Positions 59,472-64,000 of a DNA stretch of 64,000 bases are shown here, piece by piece. A program made the translations under genes and the position numbers. A model generated the notes under the pieces. It was not told the DNA's origin and made no database searches. It saw only the letters and a list, made by a program, of their open reading frames with translations. Numbering within the stretch: the first letter of the stretch is position 1; each line of letters begins with the position of its first letter. Source of the stretch: an uncultured bacterium (lineage in GTDB: Bacteria > Acidobacteriota > HRBIN11 > JAKEFK01); the NCBI GenBank assembly GCA_963777505.1, contig CAVZQN010000004.1, positions 416,001 through 480,000 of the forward strand, given 5' to 3'.

Positions 59472-59489
59472 TTAGACTAAAGTCCTATA
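59472..59489. promoter_or_regulatory. Second copy of the TTAGACTAAAGTCC motif, upstream of DUF3604
   Basis: TTAGACTAAAGTCCTATA. Confidence 0.55.
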
Positions 59490-59560
59490 TGTTGACTTCA
59501 AAAGAATACGATAAGCTCTTCCCGAGTTGGTATCAACGGGAATCTACGTAAGAGGTGGTC

Positions 59561-61480
59561 ATGAAATCCAAAATCTTTGCATTGTGGTTCTACATTTGCA
59601 TGGCGGTTACTTTGTCAGTGTTTGCGCAGGATGCAGGTACGCCAGACAAGGAATCGGTGGAAAAAGCATTTGCCAAAAAACCATATTCCCCTTACGCAGG
59701 ACGCAATTTTCCAACGCGTCCTTATTTCGGCGATACACATCTTCATACTGGATTTTCCATGGATGCTGGAGCGTTTGGTTGCCGTCTCAGTCCCGCAGAT
59801 GCATATCGTTTTGCGAAAGGTGAAGAAATTATGGCTTCCTCTGGCCAGCAGGTAAAACTTTCGCGACCCCTCGATTTCCTTGTTGTCGCCGATCATTCCG
59901 ACAACATGGGATTTTTTCCACAACTATTTGCCGGTGACCCAAAAATGCTAGCAGACCCAACAGGCCGCAAATGGTACGACATGGTCCAAAGCGGAAAAGG
60001 TGCCGAAGCAGCAATTCAAATTATTCAAGCCTTTTCTCAAGGAACATTCCCAAAAGCCCTGGAATTTCTTCCAGGAACATCTGCATATCAGGAGGCATGG
60101 CAGAAAACGATTAAAGCGGCAGAAGACGCGAATGATCCTGGACGATTTACGGCGTTCATCGGTTATGAATGGACTTCAAATACGGGTGGAAATAATCTTC
60201 ACCGAAACGTGATCTTCCGTGAAGATGCATCAAAAGCAAGTCAAGTTGAACCTTATACTACTCAGAAACCTTATGGAAGCGACAACCCACGCGATCTATG
60301 GAAATGGATGGCTTCGTTTGAACAGAAAACTGGTGGAAATGTTCTGGCCATTGCCCACAATGGGAATCTCAGCAATGGCAGAATGTTTCCAATCATCGAA
60401 TCCTTCACAGGTAAAAAAATAGACCGCCAATATGCGGAGCAACGGGATCGTTGGGAACCTCTTTACGAAGCAACACAAATTAAAGGTGATGGTGAAACCC
60501 ATCCTTTTCTCGCCAAAAATGACGAGTTCGCGAATTATGAAAAATGGGACAAAGGGAATCTCGATCTTAGTGAGCTGAAGAAACCAGAAATGCTTGAATT
60601 TGAATATGCTCGCTCCGCTTTAAAGAATGGGTTAAAAATGGAGAAAGAGCTTGGTGTCAATCCTTACAAATTTGGAATGATAGGGAGCACCGATGCTCAT
60701 ACAGGTTTGGCGGCAGTTGAGGAAGACAACTTCTTTGGTAAGACCAGCAGTTCGGAACCGAGCCCGGTACGAGCAACGCATCCTTTCGTTAAGGCTGCGA
60801 AAGCTACGATTATGGGATGGGAACAGACTTCTTCCGGTTATGCCGGAGTTTGGGCTACTGAAAATACGCGCGAAGCAATTTTCGATGCGATGGAACGTCG
60901 CGAAACCTATGCAACCACAGGTTCCCGGCTGGCGGTGCGATTTTTCGGCGGCTGGGATTTCGATGCTAAAGATGCGGAAAGCCGGATGCCCGCTAAAGTA
61001 GGTTACATGAAAGGGGTGCCAATGGGCGGCGATATGATTTCTGCACCATCAGGCAAAGCTCCAACATTTTTAGTTGCCGCACTAAAAGATCCGATTGGCG
61101 CAAATCTGGACCGCATTCAAATCATAAAAGGATGGATGGATGCGAAAGGTGAACTTCAAGAAAAAATCTATGATGTTGCCGTTTCCGATGGCCGCAAAAT
61201 CGATGCAGATGGCCGCTGCAAAACTCCAGTTGGAGATACAGTGGATGTTGCAAATGCATCATGGACGAACACGATTGGTGCTACTGAATTAATCACAGTG
61301 TGGAAGGATCCGGAGTTTGATGCAGGTCAACGTGCTTTTTATTATGCCCGAGTTCTCGAAATTCCGACTCCGCGCTGGACAGCCTATGATGCTAAATTCT
61401 ATAGTGTTCAGATGTCGAAAGAAGTTCCAATGACCCAGCAGGAACGCGCATACACTTCGCCAATCTGGTATACACCATAA
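59561..61480 (+). CDS. DUF3604 domain protein (PHP-like metallohydrolase), exported
   Basis: YFGDTHLHT..SMDAG, RPLDFLVVADH, IGYEWTS..NLHRNV, IAHNGNLSNG, GSTDAHT, QERAYTSPIWY. Confidence 0.9.
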   Translation: MKSKIFALWFYICMAVTLSVFAQDAGTPDKESVEKAFAKKPYSPYAGRNFPTRPYFGDTHLHTGFSMDAGAFGCRLSPADAYRFAKGEEIMASSGQQVKLSRPLDFLVVADHSDNMGFFPQLFAGDPKMLADPTGRKWYDMVQSGKGAEAAIQIIQAFSQGTFPKALEFLPGTSAYQEAWQKTIKAAEDANDPGRFTAFIGYEWTSNTGGNNLHRNVIFREDASKASQVEPYTTQKPYGSDNPRDLWKWMASFEQKTGGNVLAIAHNGNLSNGRMFPIIESFTGKKIDRQYAEQRDRWEPLYEATQIKGDGETHPFLAKNDEFANYEKWDKGNLDLSELKKPEMLEFEYARSALKNGLKMEKELGVNPYKFGMIGSTDAHTGLAAVEEDNFFGKTSSSEPSPVRATHPFVKAAKATIMGWEQTSSGYAGVWATENTREAIFDAMERRETYATTGSRLAVRFFGGWDFDAKDAESRMPAKVGYMKGVPMGGDMISAPSGKAPTFLVAALKDPIGANLDRIQIIKGWMDAKGELQEKIYDVAVSDGRKIDADGRCKTPVGDTVDVANASWTNTIGATELITVWKDPEFDAGQRAFYYARVLEIPTPRWTAYDAKFYSVQMSKEVPMTQQERAYTSPIWYTP

Positions 61481-61489
61481 GCACGAGAC

Positions 61490-62107
61490 TTATTTCTGTT
61501 CCAGAGCAACGGTGAAGTCGAGCTTCATTAATAGGTGGGAATCGAGTACTTCAATTTTGGAAACGTTGAATTTTTCTAACTTCAATTTGTATTGAAGTTG
61601 TCCTTGATTCAAAATTTGTGAGAGTTGTTGTGTGTCCGATTGAACCGGAACTGCGAGTGTTTCATCCAGGCTTTGAGCAAAACTCTTCAACACTGGCCCG
61701 AAGACTGTATCGGCAACGCTGTTCTTGAATTGCAGTTTAGGATCTTCAAACCATACTGAACCTTGCCGATAGGTTGGCACTCCCGAAATGATGATCTTGA
61801 AAGACTTGCCTACACCAGCACACTTGCCAAGTACTTCCTTTCCTTTTTTTCCATGAAACGTCGCTTCTATTGCCAAACGTCCAGCTTGTGCAAACACACG
61901 CGGGTTCTCCAGATAAGCATAATCACATGAAGAGCTTGGCCCACCTGACAGATAACTGCGGCCTGTGGTAAACATCTGCTCCTCCAACTCTTTTTGGATC
62001 AACGGATAAGGAATCTTGATTTCCTGGGCACCACAAACCAGACCTGTTGTGATCAGAAGAAAGAAGCAAAGGACTGCTTTGAATGAAGTAGTTTTTTCAA
62101 CACGCAT
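61490..62107 (-). CDS. Exported hypothetical protein
   Basis: 205-aa ORF with signal peptide, in an apparent operon. Confidence 0.65.
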   Translation of the reverse strand: MRVEKTTSFKAVLCFFLLITTGLVCGAQEIKIPYPLIQKELEEQMFTTGRSYLSGGPSSSCDYAYLENPRVFAQAGRLAIEATFHGKKGKEVLGKCAGVGKSFKIIISGVPTYRQGSVWFEDPKLQFKNSVADTVFGPVLKSFAQSLDETLAVPVQSDTQQLSQILNQGQLQYKLKLEKFNVSKIEVLDSHLLMKLDFTVALEQK

Positions 62108-62132
62108 GCATCTTCAAGACTCCCTGGATTTC

Positions 62133-62729
62133 TTACGGTTGAGGTAGACTGGCCGGTTGTTGGAGACGAAATTCTAGCAACGTTCCTGCCGGTATACTCA
62201 CCTGTTCACCTCTTGTTATCAAGGACATTCCAGTCCTTACGACAGCACTGGTAGCAGCTCCAGTTGCAGCTCCTGCTGGGCCGCCCCTGATGGCTCCAAT
62301 TGCTGCGCCCAGACCTACACCACGCACAACCTTTTTCGTCGTCTTCTTCGTTTCACTCTTTCCAGCAACACCGTAATCATCGCTCAGTAGAGGATAGGCG
62401 GTGCCTCCAACAACGACGTCTGTTAACTCAATCATCAATTCCGACTTTCCTGTAGCTCTTCCCGCAGATTTTGATTCAGTCAGACGCACATGAATATTTG
62501 AGTCGGATGGGGCTACAACCTGGTCGTCTACCAATAAATCTGTTACCAATTTAGCTGTGAAGCGCTCTCCAACCTTATGCTTTTTGGAATCGATTCCATC
62601 AGTTATTCGAACTAGCAGAGGCGTTCCGGCCGGAATGGTTACCATCGTTTGTTGAGCTTCCGTTGGATAGATCTGTACAAAAAATAAAAACAGAAAACCC
62701 AGATAATGGAACGCGTTTGAGTTTTTCAT
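62133..62729 (-). CDS. Exported protein with VirB10/TrbI-like beta domain and glycine zipper, paralog 2
   Basis: VTIPAGTPLLVR..IDSK..GERFTAKL; GLGAAIGAI; IPAGTLLEFRL. Confidence 0.65.
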   Translation of the reverse strand: MKNSNAFHYLGFLFLFFVQIYPTEAQQTMVTIPAGTPLLVRITDGIDSKKHKVGERFTAKLVTDLLVDDQVVAPSDSNIHVRLTESKSAGRATGKSELMIELTDVVVGGTAYPLLSDDYGVAGKSETKKTTKKVVRGVGLGAAIGAIRGGPAGAATGAATSAVVRTGMSLITRGEQVSIPAGTLLEFRLQQPASLPQP

Positions 62730-62747
62730 GTAGCTCCTCGAATTTCT

Positions 62748-63344
62748 TTATTGGCGAGGTAAGCTGGCTGGTTGTTGCAGACGGAATTCCAGCAAGGTTC
62801 CTGCCGGTATACTAACCTGTTCACCCTTTGTTATCGCAGACATTCCAATGCCAACGATACCACCCGTGGCAGCTCCTTTTGCTGCGCCACTACCGCCACC
62901 AGATATGGCTCCAATTGCTGCTCCCAGCCCTACACCACCCGCCGCTTTTTTCGCCGTCTTCTTCGTTTCACTCTGACCGGCAACACTGTAATCATCACTC
63001 AATAGCGCATAAGCAGTACCGGCAACAACGATATCGGTTAACTCAATCTGCAGTTCCGACTTTCCTGAAGTTTTGCCGGCGGATTTTGATTCAGCAAGAC
63101 GTACATAAAGAGTCGAGCCTAGTGGGGCAACTACTTCATCGCCAGCCATTAAATTTGTTTCCAGTTTTGCTGTGAAGCGATGGCCAATCTTGTGTTTTTT
63201 GGAATCGATTCCTTCAGACGTGCGCACCAACAGACGGCTTCCAGCCGGAACAGTAACCATTTCTTTCTGAGCGTCCGCTACAGAAATATGCACAAGCAGC
63301 AAAAAGAGAAGGCACAAACAACTGAACATGTTTGAATTCTTCAT
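62748..63344 (-). CDS. Exported protein with VirB10/TrbI-like beta domain and glycine zipper, paralog 1
   Basis: GGAGGAG RBS; colinear and highly similar to 62133-62729. Confidence 0.65.
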   Translation of the reverse strand: MKNSNMFSCLCLLFLLLVHISVADAQKEMVTVPAGSRLLVRTSEGIDSKKHKIGHRFTAKLETNLMAGDEVVAPLGSTLYVRLAESKSAGKTSGKSELQIELTDIVVAGTAYALLSDDYSVAGQSETKKTAKKAAGGVGLGAAIGAISGGGSGAAKGAATGGIVGIGMSAITKGEQVSIPAGTLLEFRLQQPASLPRQ

Positions 63345-63369
63345 ATTCTCCTCCAAGGTACGGTTTGAA

Positions 63370-63873
63370 TTACTCAATTACAGGCAGCATTGACTGTACT
63401 TGAAGTCTTTCCAGCGTCTCAATTTGATTTTCGACCTGAAAAAACCTGGCTGCTGTAAGCGCTGAGGTTGCTGCTTTCATTTTTTCGTAGTACTTCCGCT
63501 TCAAATCAATTCTTTTCCCTTCGAGTTCAAATGATTTCATCACCAACTCATTTGCTTTTTCGTCGGTCAACTGTGTGTAGTTCTTTACGTAATCCTGGAC
63601 TAACTGATATTGAGTCGAATCCAGACCGTCCAATTCAGCATCGTATTCCTTAAAAACCGGCCAAAATTTTTGAGCTTCCGCATCGTCTAATTGAAGAACT
63701 TCGGAAACGACATTTAATTCGTTTGCCTCAATATCAAGTTTCAACAACTCTGCGTAGGCTTGTTTGTTCAGTTCCTGACTATCCGTCCGAACATTTTGAC
63801 CGAATACTAGACTTGCTGCAAAACTAATGAGAAAAACACAAACAGCAAAAATTGTTCTGGGCATGTAATCCAT
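63370..63873 (-). CDS. Exported helical hypothetical protein
   Basis: Signal peptide; LQLDDAEAQKFWPVFKEY..AARFFQVEN. Confidence 0.7.
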   Translation of the reverse strand: MDYMPRTIFAVCVFLISFAASLVFGQNVRTDSQELNKQAYAELLKLDIEANELNVVSEVLQLDDAEAQKFWPVFKEYDAELDGLDSTQYQLVQDYVKNYTQLTDEKANELVMKSFELEGKRIDLKRKYYEKMKAATSALTAARFFQVENQIETLERLQVQSMLPVIE

Positions 63874-63922
63874 ACGAACACCTCCTGTCTTTAATAAAAA
63901 TTCTCTTGTAGGGAGAATTCAC

Positions 63923-64000
63923 TTAGTCATAAAAGGTGACAACGCCTGATTCCAGATCGTACATGCATCCGGCAATCACGACCTGTCCTGCTTTCACCAT
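63923..64000 (-). CDS. C-terminal end of a probable second beta-carbonic anhydrase (partial)
   Basis: ..MVKAGQVVIAGCMYDLESGVVTFYD*, matching the beta-CA C-terminal G.v.i.Ga.YDl.tG.V pattern. Confidence 0.6.
   Translation of the reverse strand: MVKAGQVVIAGCMYDLESGVVTFYD

Overview
Gene-dense bacterial window of moderate GC. The gene repertoire (Hanks kinase-TPR proteins, CHAT-TPR, PDZ/GAF-SpoIIE phosphatase, nrfHA) suggests an Acidobacteriota-like organism, but this is inference only. No rRNA, tRNA, CRISPR array or transposase was seen. It contains an AspT/YidE transporter, two DUF2092+DUF6515-like gene pairs, a K+ channel, a membrane PI-PLC-like protein, a cNMP-T2SSE_N-PilT ATPase, GH63 and GH13 glycosidases and an APC-USP-DUF389 fusion beside a beta-carbonic anhydrase. 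It also carries a serine-to-acetate operon (Tat-signal L-serine dehydratase, pta-like, nifJ, DHOD-like, ackA), tandem Ser/Thr kinases, MscS, a PlpD-type patatin, CxxCH-type nrfHA, DUF3604 and several REP-like repeats. The main unannotated signal is regulatory: a 36-bp double-palindrome motif (CTMCG-N6-CGKAG boxes with a 20-bp period) occurs in four intergenic regions, each time next to sigma-54 -24/-12 promoters (six in total). This points to one enhancer-controlled regulon over much of the first 33 kb. About nine single-base frameshifts in otherwise intact genes probably reflect sequencing error.
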